Assembly: GCF_004010195.1 (NCBI RefSeq)
Contig: NC_057753.1
Span: 7,436,130 to 7,500,129 of the forward strand
Reading direction: 5' to 3'
Origin: Chiloscyllium plagiosum
Lineage: Eukaryota
Length of the DNA stretch: 64,000 bases
The translations under genes were made by a program, and so were the position numbers. This document shows positions 38,500 through 50,061 of the stretch, one piece after another; the stretch's first letter is position 1; each line of letters begins with the position of its first letter. The notes under the pieces were generated by a model. That model worked only from the letters and a program-made list of their open reading frames with translations. It ran no database searches and had not been told where the DNA came from.

Positions 38500-39860
38500 G
38501 ACTGGTCCATGACGACCAAAATATTCATCCAAGCTCGCACTATTTCCCTGCTCTTGAATGACATCCTTCGAAACCTTTCCTCCACATACATTTTCTCAAT
38601 GCCTTTTAAACGTTATTAATGTAATTGCTTCAACAACGTCCGTTTGCAGAAAGCATTTCATCTGTGTACCACCCGCTGTGTAAAAAGGTCACCCGTCAGG
38701 TTTCCTTTGATTCTTTCCTCTCTAAACTTAAATTGGTGCTCTCTAGTCCTCAATTCTACACCCCTGGGAAAAAAAGCACTGAGTGCGTACTCCTCACCGA
38801 TACCATCTATGGTGATATACACATCTATGAAATCCGCCCTCAGTTTTCAAAGCTCTAAAGAAAAAAAAGTCCGAGTTGGTCCAATCTCGCCCATTAACGC
38901 AGACCATTTGGTCATGGCAAAATCCTTGTAAATTTCTTCTGCATTCCTTCCAGTTTAATAACAAGCCTCCGATAGCAAGCTGACAATAACCGAGCAAATA
39001 CTTCAAGTGCAGTCTCAGCAAAGTCCTGTTCAACTTCAACGTAACTTCCCAACTTCTATACTCAGTGCCTCGATCGATGAATGCCAGTATGCCCAAAGCC
39101 TTCTTCACTGCCCTGTCTCCACTTTCAGAGAACCATGCACCTGAGCTCCAAGGTTCCTCTGTTCCACTACACTCCTTTACGCACTACTATTCACCATGAA
39201 ACTTCGCTCTGAAATTGAATTTCCAAAATACCACACCACTCACTTATCTATATGAATCTCAAGTTGCAATTTCTTGGCCGACTTCCCCAGCTATTCAAGG
39301 TCCTGCTATAATTTCTGATAACCATCTTCACTGTCCACAAGAACAACTGTTTTAGTGTCAGCCTGAAAACTTACTAATTATGCCTTGGACATTCTCATGC
39401 GCATCATTGGTATAGATGACACATAGCAATGGGTCCAATACCGACCTCCAAGGCCTTTCGCTCGTTTCAATCTGCCAATCCGACTAATATCCTTCCACGA
39501 TTACCCTCTGCTTTCTATCATCGAATCAATGGTGTATTTAATTTGCCAGCTCCCCTGGACTCCATGCAACCTGACTTTCCAGAGCAGCCTACCACTTAGA
39601 ACCTCACCAAAGGCTATGCTGAAATCCATATAGACTACATATACCGCCCTGCCCTCTCATTCTTTGTGGTCACTTCATCGAAGAACTCGAACAAAGTTAT
39701 GAGGCATATTCACCTGTGCACAAAGCCACGGTGACTGCTCTTGTTCAAACTCTGTCTTTCAAAGTGCAAGTACACCGTATCTTTCATAAACTTCCCAAGT
39801 AACGGGCCGACCACAGATGGCAAGCTTATTGGTGTATAGTACGCAGATATTTCTTTGGAA
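38500..39860 (-). mobile_element. CR1 LINE ORF2 3' portion
   Basis: KKALGILAFIDRGTEYRSWEVTLKLNRTLLRLHLKY; VYVVYMDFSIAF near 39610-39645. Confidence 0.85.
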
Positions 39861-40659
39861 TCCTTCTTGTATAACGTAGAGGGATAGATCCAGGCACATC
39901 AGCAAACTCAGGCGTTATCGTGTTTGGGTGAGTGTGCAGATCACAGGACACAAACAAATCAGAAATAAATATATCAATGGTGGAGACGTTTCGACGGGCT
40001 GCATGGTCTACTGATGCATCTTATTAATATGCTACTGAAATTGCAACAAACCAACTCCATACGTCCTCATCGGTGACATATAGCGTTATCGGCATTTACC
40101 TTATCATTGATGCGTTTTGGAACGGGGTAATTGCTTTGTACAGGTTTAAATTCGATAGGTCGAAATGAATTTTCTTGCCCAGTAGATTCCTATGTTTTGA
40201 TAACATTCCGTAAGTAAAAGTCTCCAAAACATTTCATAACCTTTGAATTTTTCACTGCAGTGAATCAACCACAATTTAAAGTACAGATCATGTATTTCTA
40301 ACTTCCGTTTTTCTTTAAGAAACTGGGAGAGAATCCTTAAGGACGGCAACATTTTCAACCTCCGTACTGGAACTATAAAGAAGTGACCTGCATTTGCTCT
40401 GGAATATCAAGTGCATGCCATTGTCTCGAAATAGCCTGTTCATATGGGTGCAGACCTGTGTGTTTGGGGAGTGGTTGCCTGTTGTCTTTAATATCTCCGT
40501 TTTTCGTACAATGCAGATCTTCACATTTGTTTTTACAAATCCAAAATTTATCAATACATCTCTGAAAATAGTGACACATTCGAAAATTTTAATTGGTCTT
40601 CAAACAAACTGGTAACTTTGTTTTGTAACAGATGTATACTTTGTCTGTCCTTTGCACAG

Positions 40660-41567
40660 TTAACGTCGTAACCATCTTCATCCTGTTTTATAAAAATTGC
40701 GGATTGTCTCCATGTGTCAGTCGTTACCTAATGGCCATGGCAGTTGTGGATCTACTAATCATTTTCATCGACCTGATATTGAGACACATTCCGATTGTTT
40801 ATGAGGAACAGTTTTATTTCATGACGTCCATCCCCGTGTGTAATATCCATGCCGTCCTACTTTATGCGGCCACTGACTGTTCTGTATGGTACACCGTCAC
40901 TTTCACATTTGATCGATTTGTGGCAATTTGTTGCCAGAAACTAAAAGATAAATATTGTCGTGAGAAAACGGCGAATGTGGTTTTAGGATCAGTGACTGTG
41001 GTAAGCTCTTTAAAGAACATTTTCTGGTATTTTATGCTCACTGGTTTTTATTGGATGAGGAACTTCCCTTGGTTTTGTTCCGTACCAAACGACGTGTACA
41101 AGTCTCGGGTCTGGGTTACAATCGAGTTCCTTCACCACATTATAACCCCAACTCTCCCATTTCTCCTGATTCTGGTGCTCAATGTCTTCACCGTTAGACA
41201 CGTTTTATTGACCAGCAGAGCCCGCAGGAGACTCCAGGCTCACGCCAATAAGAATGTTCAGTGTGACACCGAATTGCAAAATCGAAAAAAATCCATCATT
41301 TTACTATTTCTTATCTCAGGTAATTTCATCATGTTATGGATAACGTTATTGGTTTATTCGATATGGCAACGAATGTCGTGGATTGGATACGAGTCTGTTT
41401 TTCTACCTATCTTTGTGATGGATTTGGGCTTCATGTTGCAGCTCCTTAGTTGCTGCACAAACACTGTGATTTATGCGGTGACCCAGACTAAGTTCCGGCA
41501 GCATCTGAAGAATGTGCTGAAATATCCCTTTACCCAAATTCATCAATCAATCAAATTCATTCCTTGA
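40660..41567 (+). CDS. GPR139/GPR142-like class A GPCR, paralog 1, coding exon 2 (TM1 end to C-terminus); spliced product 362 aa
   Basis: Acceptor ttgtctgtcctttgcacAG|TT (AG at 40658-40659). Splicing restores TM1 GVPVN. Open for 908 nt with AVVDLL (TM2), PVCN, SVWYTVTFTFDRF (TM3), PWFC (ECL2), PTLPF (TM5), FIMLW (TM6), LLSCCTNTVIYAVTQTKFR (TM7/H8). Confidence 0.93.
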
Positions 41568-42649
41568 TGAATTCGCCCAGGATTCTCTCAATTTGACTGA
41601 TTTTTGTTTCAGCGTCTCTTTTCCAATCTTGTCACACAGGTTGCAGAGGCGCATTTCAATGTTTCTCGCATCAGAGATCAGTAAGAAAAGGCACCATTTA
41701 CTTACTATGTCTGGGAATTCAGTTTGTATACACTGAAAACGTTCATTAAAAAGTGTCAAACAGCAGATCTACAATAATTTGTTTGTTTTTGTGATTAAGA
41801 AGCTCACCCGGAGAGAAACAAACTCGGCCCCAGGGTCTCGTCCTCAAGGAAGGCGGGGGGACCACAACCGAGGATAGAAGTTGGTTTTATGTCAGTCTGT
41901 CCTTGCTTTTACCTCTGCTGATAGAAACCTTAAGCGCTTAACTCATACCTCCCTCCCACTTGTTTTCACTCCCACGCTTGAACTTCCCTGTCTCTCTCTC
42001 TCTCTCACTCCCATCTCACTCCCATTTTCACATCCTCCTGTGACACTTCCGACCTCCATAATTTTCTTTCACATCTATTCCCTCCTGTCGACTTTCCTCT
42101 TGCACTGACTGTATGTGTGCCACACTTTCTTTCACCAACAATTCCTCTTCTGAACCTTTCATTCTCTCTTCGTCTTTCCTATTCTTTTTCACCATTATTT
42201 TTCTCTCATTCTATATTCACCCATCCCTGTCGCGCTCTCCCCAATCCTTATCCACGCCCTTCCACTTTTATCTATCTTTCTCTCCTCTTTAATCCCGACC
42301 TCTCCGTTCTAGTTTCCCGTTTCTCTAATTTCCTCTTTCTCCCTGGTCATCACTCTCTCTTTCCCGACACAGATTTCCTCTATCTCTCATTAATCAGACA
42401 GACACATTCCCCATATCCCTACACGTTGGGAATCTCGCTCTGCCATCTCAATTATATTTCTTCAGGAACCAGACTCCTGTGCTGGAAGGAAGGAGTCTTG
42501 CATTATACCTGATACGCTTATTGACTCTGAGCCATGTACCTCACACCCTCCAGTAAAATTCATGGACAATGGAATGTCCTATTCGTCAGTGGGGCCGGAT
42601 AGGGACTTTGGTCGGAATGATCCTGGATTTTTGCAGTGAATTCCAAAAG

Positions 42650-44420
42650 CTCACAATGCTGTGGTGAAAAATTCCTACTACTTAACAACTATTTTTTTTT
42701 ACATTTATCCTTAAACTATGAGCACTGATTCTGGAAATTCCACCTTCAGGAATATTCTTTCTGCATCTAACCTCTTCATTCCTGCAGAATTCTATCGGTT
42801 TCTATGAGAACCTCCATGATATTCCTAAACTCCCTAGTGAATGCAATCTAATCAACTTTACCTCTCCCCATTCAAAAGCCTGCCATCACAGGAATCAATT
42901 TTGCAAATGTTTGCTGCACTCTCTTCTGGCAAGGACATACTTCCTGAGATAAAGAGACATATATTGCACACAACATTGCAGTTGAGGCTTCACCAATTCC
43001 ATGTATAGTTGTATCAAGACACCCTTGTTCCGGTATTCGAATCCTCCCACTGTGAAGACCAAAATATAGTTAACCTTCCTTGTTTTTTGGTGCAATTTCA
43101 GTGACTGGTGTCGGAGGACGCTCAGGTCTATTTGAACATTCTCAACTCGATAGTGAAAGCAAGTGAAGGAACAACAGAATCATAAAATCCACACAGTGTG
43201 GAGGGAGGCAATTCGTCCATATTATGCTGTACTATTTGTGTTGCAAAATGGGCATGCACAAATGTACCCACATTATAATGCATCTGCCATGCATTTCACC
43301 ATTAAGTGGAGGTACCAGTGTTGGACAGGGATGGGCAAAGTTAAAAATTGCTCGACACCGGATTTAGGAGCATGAAATTCTACTCAAAAACGACTGGCCA
43401 GGCAGGAGCATTTTCTCTGTGGGAAAGAAAGCCTGGGCATTTTAAAGAACAAATTTGATATTGTGGTGACCAGAACTGTAGTAGTATTCCAAACATGGCC
43501 GAACCAAAATCTTATACAACTGTAACATGACCTGCTAACTCTTGGAGTCAGTAGCCAGTCCGATGAAGGACAGTGTAACAAGGTAACAATGAACCTGAAC
43601 ACACAGATCTCTGTTCCTCAAAATTCCCCAGGACCTTTCCATTTACTTTACAGCTCGCAATAAATGGATCTTCCAAAATGCATCACCTTGCATTTGCCAG
43701 ATTGAACTCCATCTTCCATTTCTTTCTCCAACTCTCCAATCTATCTACTTTCTGCTGTGACTCGGTGACAGTCTCTTTCACTGTCTGCTACTCCAACAAT
43801 CTTAGTTTCATCTGCAAACTTGCTATCAGACCCCATATACCGTCATCCTTGTCATTTATGTATATCACAAACAACAGTGGTCTAAAGTTTGGGTGAAGAT
43901 TTGTAGCTCGGGTGCTCGTTGTTGTGGTTCTGTTTGCCGAGCTCGGCGAACCACAACAACAGTGGTCTCAACATGGATTATTGTGGGACACATTTGGTCA
44001 CAGGTCTCCATTTTCAGAAACACGTTACCACTACTACTCTCTGTCTCCTGATGCCCAGCCACTTCTCTATACATCTAGCTAGAACGCCCTGGTCCCCATG
44101 CGAATTCACCTTCTCCATCAACCTATCACTGGGAATCTTATCAAACGCCGTATTGAAGTCCATAGATATGACTTCTACAGCCCTTCCCTAATGAATGACC
44201 TTTGTCACTTCCTCACCGAATTAAGTTCGGATGGTAAGACATCAGCTTCCCTGCACAAAGCCATGTTGCCTTTCACTGATAAGCCCATTTTCTTCCAAAT
44301 GGGAAAAGATCCTTACCATCAGGACCTTCTCCTGTGGCGTCCTTACCACTGACGTCAGGTTCACTGGTTCATAATTACCTCGATTATCCCTACTACCCTT
44401 CTTAAACAAGGGGACAACAT
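42650..44420 (-). mobile_element. CR1 LINE fragments
   Basis: GFEYRNKGVLIQLYMELVKPQLQCCVQY; QHGFVQG and FADETKI motifs on the minus strand. Confidence 0.8.
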
Positions 44421-44765
44421 TAGCAATTATACGGTCCTCCAGTTCATATCTATTGGCTTGAAGGCGTTATTTCGTCCATGCTACTTATGACTTCAGTGGG
44501 GTGGACGTGGAGAACATGTTCCTGTTCTTACAAAAAATAAAACTGATATCCAAGCTTACAAAGTTATGTCACTGAGTCACAGCAGAAAGTAGATAGATTG
44601 GAGAGTTGGAGAGAGAAATGGAAGATGGAGTTCAATCCGGCAAATGCAAGGTGATGCATTTTGGAAGATCCATTTATTGCGAGCTGTAAAGTAAATGGAA
44701 AGGTCCTGGGAAATTTTGAGGAACAGAGATCTGTGTGTTCAGGTTCATTGTTACCTTGTTACACT
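43572..44765. repeat. 199-bp inverted duplication (43572-43770 / 44567-44765)
   Basis: Reverse complements with about 4 mismatches by eye. Confidence 0.9.
43884..43954. mobile_element. 71-bp Penelope-terminus fold-back insertion with 14-bp TSD
   Basis: TSD aacaacagtggtct at 43870-43883 and 43955-43968; gaagatttgtagctc is the reverse complement of the terminus at 16425-16439; internal hairpin. Confidence 0.85.
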
Positions 44766-44894
44766 ATGAGAAATTCTGAAGAAGTTGTATTAAGCTAGAA
44801 ACACACTAAGTAGCAGGTATTTTCCTCAACATGTTGAAACAATACATCAGATACTGGTGCACGCAATAGTGACCGCCTAAAACATGAAATTCCC

Positions 44895-45990
44895 ACGAAA
44901 ACTGCTCTTGGGAAGTAGATCCCATGGAATCCGGGGGATCTGGTAATATGGATACACAATTGATTTGATGGTACGAATCAGAGATGAACCGTGGAAGGAT
45001 GCTTGTCTGACTGGACGCCTGCGACTAGTGGAGTGCCTCGGAGTCGGTGCTGGGCCCATTGCTGTTTGATACCTATATCAATAATTTGGATGAAAATATA
45101 CAAGGAATGGCTAGTAGGTTTGCAGATGATTCTAACATAGGCCGTATCACGGAGAGTGAGAATAGTTTTCAGAAATAGCAGCAGGACCTTGATCAGCTGG
45201 GGAAGTGGACCGAGAAATGGCAAACGGATATTATTAAATATAAGTGTGAGGTCCAGCGTTTTTCGCTTCGGCGGGTCGGTGTGGACTTGTTGGGCCGAAG
45301 GGCCTGTTTCCACACTGTAATCTTACTTAATCTACTTAATCTACTACTTAAAAAAAGTGTGAGGTCCAGCGTTTTGGAAAACCAAATCAGGGCAGAGGTT
45401 TAATGGTGAATTGTAGGGCCTTACGGAGTTTAGTGGAACAGCAGAACCTTCAAAAACAGGTACATGGTCTTCTGAAGATGGAGGCACTGTAGACAAGGCA
45501 GTGAAGAAGGCTTTTGGCACATTGGCCGTCATCAGTCAGTACACTGATTAAAGAGTTGGGAAGTTATGTTGAAGTTGCACAGGGCGATTGTGAGGCTGCA
45601 CGTGGAGTCTTGTGTTCAGTTTTGATCACATTGTTATAAGAATGAGGTTATTAAGTTAGAAAATGTGCAGAAAGATATTTAAAACGATGTTTCCAGGACT
45701 CAAGGGTTTAAGTTGTAGGGAGAGTTTGAACAAGCGAGTACTTATTTTTCAACAGAGTGTAGAAGACTGGGGTTTGGTCACAGAATTGTATAAAATTGCT
45801 AGGTTGAATACACTCAGTCTTTTACCCAAGATGGCATCAATCAAACGTTCGAGGGGTAAGATTGAAAGTGAACCTTTGGGCAACTTTTCTGCACAGAGCA
45901 TGTTACGCATATGGAATGACATACCAGCAGAAGTGATTGAGCTGGCTACATTAACACCATTTAAAAGGCATTTGGATAAGTACATGGATG
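44895..45990 (+). mobile_element. CR1 LINE RT 3' portion
   Basis: GVPRSRCWAH/LGPLLF, FADDSNIG, FSAQSMLRIWNDIP. Confidence 0.85.
45263..45354 (+). mobile_element. 5'-truncated SINE/LINE tail insertion with 21-bp TSD
   Basis: TSD aagtgtgaggtccagcgtttt at 45242-45262 and 45355-45375. Confidence 0.85.
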
Positions 45991-46054
45991 TTTGGAATGT
46001 TTTAGAAAGATCTGGAACAACAGGGTACCAACATACTTGGGGGGAGGGGAGGGG

Positions 46055-47188
46055 GGAATTCGCTAACGACATAGGTAGGAAGAAAAATGGGGATTTAAGG
46101 CAGAAATTCAGGGAGCTAGGATGGAAGCTTAGAGTTAGGACGAACATAATTGTTGTCTCTGATTTGTTGCCAGTGCCACGTGCTAGTGAGGCGAGGAATA
46201 GAGAGAGGGAGAGGAGTTGAACACGTGGCTACAGGGATGGTGCAGGAAGGAGAGCTTTGGATTCTTGAATAATTGGCCCTCTTTCTGTGATAGGCGGTTC
46301 CTCTACAAGCAGGATGGTCTTCATCTGAACCAGAGGGGTTCCAATATCCTGCGGGGGGTGGGGGGGATTCGCTAAGGCTATTGGGATGGTTTTAAAAGTA
46401 ATCCAGCAGGGGGATGGTAACCAAAATTGTAGATCGAGTAAAGAAAAGATTGAGAGTAGGGAGGTCCGAAATCAAGTTTCAGGCATGCAAGATGGTGTCA
46501 ACAAGCAAGAAGTTGGTTTGAAGTGTGTCTACTTCAACGCCAGGAGCATCCAGAATAAGGTGGGTGAACATGCAGCATGGGTTCGTACCTGGGATTTCGA
46601 TGTTGTGGCTATTTCGGAGACATAGATAGAGCAGGGGCAGGGATGTTTATTGCAGGTTCCAGGATTTAGATGTTTCAGTAAGATTAGAGAAGAGGGGGAG
46701 GCGTGGCATTGTTGTTCAAGGACAGTATTAAAGTTGCAGAAAGGATGTTTGGGGACTCGTCAACTGAGGTAGTATTGGCTGGCGTGAGAAACAGGAAAGG
46801 AGAGGTCACCTTGTTGGGAGTTTTCCATGGGCCTCCGAATAGTTCCAGAGATGTAGTGGAAAGGATAGCAAAGATGATTCTCGATAGGAATGAGAGAGAC
46901 AGGATAGTTGTCATGGGGGACTTCAACTTTCCAAATATTGACTGGGAACACTATAGTACGAGTACTATAGATGGGTAAGTTTTTGTCCAGTGTGTGCAGG
47001 AGGCTTCCTGACACAGTATGTAGACAGGCCTACAAGGGGCGAAGTCACATTAGATTTGGTACTGGGTAATGAGCCCGGCCAATTGTTAGACTTGGAAGTC
47101 GGTGAGCACTTTGGTGATAGCGATCACAATTATGTTATGTTTACTTTAGAGATAGAAAGGGATAGGTGCACAACGCTGGGCAAGAGTT
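46055..47188 (+). mobile_element. CR1 LINE ORF1 (esterase-like) end and ORF2 endonuclease
   Basis: NDIGRK...VVSDLLPVPRAS, YKQDGLHLN, YFNARSI, VAISET, VMGDFNFPNIDW, LDLVL...GDSDHN. Confidence 0.9.
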
Positions 47189-47189
47189 G

Positions 47190-47623
47190 AAACGGTGAGA
47201 GGATGCATGTGTGAATGTGTCAATGTGTGTGTCTGTAGGAGTGTGTCTGAATGTGTGTGTGCGTGTCTGTGTATACGTGTGTCCATGTGTATGTGTGTGT
47301 GTATAGGAGTGCCTGTGTGTGTATGTGTGTATGTTTGTGTGTGTGTATGTGTGAGAGCGTCTGTGAATATGTATAGTGCAAAGGTGGTCACCTGCAGTGT
47401 GACATGAACCCAAGCTCCCAGTTGGGGCCCGACCTATGGGTACAGAACTTAGATATCAGCATCTGGTGTAATTTCAGTTAAATCACACTGTAAACGGTTG
47501 GCATAAATTCTGTGTCTGACAATTGTGTCCTCCACAACCACCTGATGAAGGAGTGGCACTCCAAAAGCTAGTGCTTACAATTAAACCTGTTGGACTACAA
47601 CCTGGTATTGTGTGATTTTTAAC
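47190..47623. mobile_element. Penelope-like fragment with inversion and hammerhead-bearing terminus
   Basis: Minus strand LISKFCTHRSGPNWELGFMSHCR* plus (CA)n; plus-strand terminus cacctgatgaaggagtggcactccaaaagctagtg. Confidence 0.75.
47539..47573 (+). ncRNA. Minimal hammerhead ribozyme motif, degenerate (G12 to A)
   Basis: CAC-CUGAUGA-A-GGAG-uggca-CUCC-aAAA-GC-UA-GUG: stem I CAC/GUG, stem II GGAG/CUCC, palindromic AGCU. Confidence 0.55.
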
Positions 47624-48815
47624 ATGGACTTCAGTAAGACATTTGATACGGTTCCTAGGCTGAAGGAGAAAGTTACGTCGAATGGAGTGCAGGGTGTACG
47701 AGAATGATGGATAGAGAAATGGCTGCACAGCTGGAGAGAGAGCCTAGTCGTGAAACGGAATTTCGCAACATGGAAAATTATGGACAGTGTTCTTCAGGGA
47801 TCCGTGTTGGGACGACTGTTGTTTGTGATACACATAAATGCCTTGAAGGAAGGGATAGGTGGGCTGATTAGCAAGTTTGAAGATGACACTACGATTGATG
47901 CAAGGGCAGATGGTGAAGCGGAATGTCAGAGAATGCAGCACCATATTCATAGATTAGATGGGTGGGGAGAGAAAATGGCAGATGGAGTTCAATAGAGGAA
48001 AATGTAAGGTGATGCATTTTGGTAGATGCATTTCAAGTGCGAACTGTATACTGAATGGAAAAAGCCCTGGGGAAAGTGGAAATGCAGAGAGATCCAGATC
48101 CTCAGATCCACCATACACTGAAGGTGGCAATGCAGATGGACAGAGTGGTCAAGAAGGCATGCGGCATGCTTTCCTTCATTAGAGGGGTACTAAGTACAAG
48201 AGTTGGCAGGTCATTTTACAGTTGTATACTTTTTTGGTTCGGCCATATTTGGAATACTGCCTGAAGTTCTGGTCGCCACATTACCAGAACGAAGAAAATG
48301 CTTGGCGAGGGTGCAGAGGAGGTTCATCAAAATGTTGGCTGGTATGGAGGGCGTTATCTTTTAAGAGAGATTGATTAGGTTATGATTATTTTCAATAAGA
48401 ATACGGAGCTTGACAGGGGACCGGATTGAGATCTACAAACTCACGAGAGGTATACATGTGGTGGATGGTAAGGAGTTGTCTTTTGTTTCCAGAGTGCAAG
48501 ACTCAATTTCTAAGGTTCACGAGTTCAAGGTGAGAGGGGAAAATTAGGAGAGATATGCGTGCGAAATTCTTTACTCAGCGGGTGATGTACGCCAGGAAAA
48601 TGTTGCCACTGTAGATGGTAGAGGCGGGAACAATAGCGTCATTTAAGACGTATCTAGACCGATACATGAATGGGCAGGGAGCCGTGGGATACAGATTCTT
48701 AGAAAATGGGCGAAAGGTTGAGATAGAGGATCTGGATTGGCGCAGGCTTTGAGGGCCTAATGGCCTATTCATCTGCTGTAATTTTATTTTTTCTTTGGAC
48801 TTTCTTTGTTCTTTG
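47624..48815 (+). mobile_element. CR1 LINE RT 3' portion
   Basis: MDFSKTFD, VLQGSVLGRLLF, SKFEDDT, WQMEFN..KCKVMHFG; 3' tail. Confidence 0.88.
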
Positions 48816-48859
48816 TATATCCCTCGATATCGTTTCTGTTCATGTACTTCTCTCAGTGT

Positions 48860-50035
48860 CATATACACTTTGCAATTCTGCCCGTTTCGAGCACTTGCTG
48901 AGGAAATTACTTCCACACACGAATCACCCCATACAAAAACGCCTCAAATTTCCTTTCTCAATCTGTGTGTCTCAACTTAGATGTATAGCCCCAGTCTTGA
49001 AAACCCCCATCCTAGTGGAAGGACACTTACCATTAAATCTACCTGTATCATTCATGATTTTATTAATCTATGTTAGGTCACCTCTCAACTTCCTACCCTC
49101 CAATGGAAAACAAGTCCCACCATATCGAGCCGGCCTTTACAACCTAATCCTTCCATATGCGGCAATATACTGATAAATGCCTTCTGAACCTCTCCAGCTT
49201 AAACATATTCTTACTATGACAGGGCGACTATAAATGGACGCAGAACTTCAGACGTTGCCTCACCAATGTCCTGTACAACAACAACATAACTTAACTACTC
49301 CTGTACTCAACTGATTGATCAATGAACAGAAGCGTGGTAGACGCCTTTTAAGCGTGCTATGGATGTGTGATGCAAACGTTGAAGAATTACGTACCTTAAC
49401 TCAAACATTCCTCTGCTCGGCAATACTCTTCAAGCTCTCATCAATATCTGTATAATTCCTATTCCTGTTTGTTTTAGCAAATCGTCAGAGAGGAACACAA
49501 ACAAAAACACACAGAAACAGAAGTAAATAATCATTCAGTGACAAATGCATTGCAGGTGCAGTATAATGTGTGTGACTGTGAAGTTACATACGACGTTATG
49601 ACGTGCAAAGCTACAAATTTGGAGACGGGACTGTTAAATAAGTCCTCGGTGTCCTCGTGCACCAATTGTAGACCGTAAGCATGCAGGTGTGAGAAGGCAT
49701 TAAAGAAGTTGAACTGTTTTTTGTACTTCTTAGCGAAAAGGTTCCAATGCAGGAACAAGCATGTCATGCTATTGCACAAGACCTTCGTGAAACCACACTT
49801 AGAAATATTTGTGCAGTTTTGGTCCACTTACCTAAGGAAGCATAGTCTTGCTAAAGAAGAAATGCAGCGAGAGTTGAACAAATTGATTCCTGGAATGGCA
49901 GGACTAACGGAAAAGGACAGATTGACTCATTTGGGTTGGATTCACTTGCGTTTAGATGAACAAGCCGAGATCTCATTGAAACGTCTACGACCTAACGAGA
50001 ACAGTCAGATTAGGATCTGGAAGGATAAGGAGAGA
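48860..50035. mobile_element. Decayed CR1 fragments (minus 48860-49480, plus 49560-50035)
   Basis: LHKTFVKPHLEIFVQFWS on the plus strand; antisense equivalent upstream. Confidence 0.7.
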
Positions 50036-50061
50036 TTATGGGGGAATCGAGGGAGAGGCAG

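Noticed and set aside
40632..40659. ATG at 40632 as the start of a single-exon GPCR
   Set aside because: It lies in the polypyrimidine tract before a conserved acceptor, would truncate TM1, and is not shared by paralog 2.
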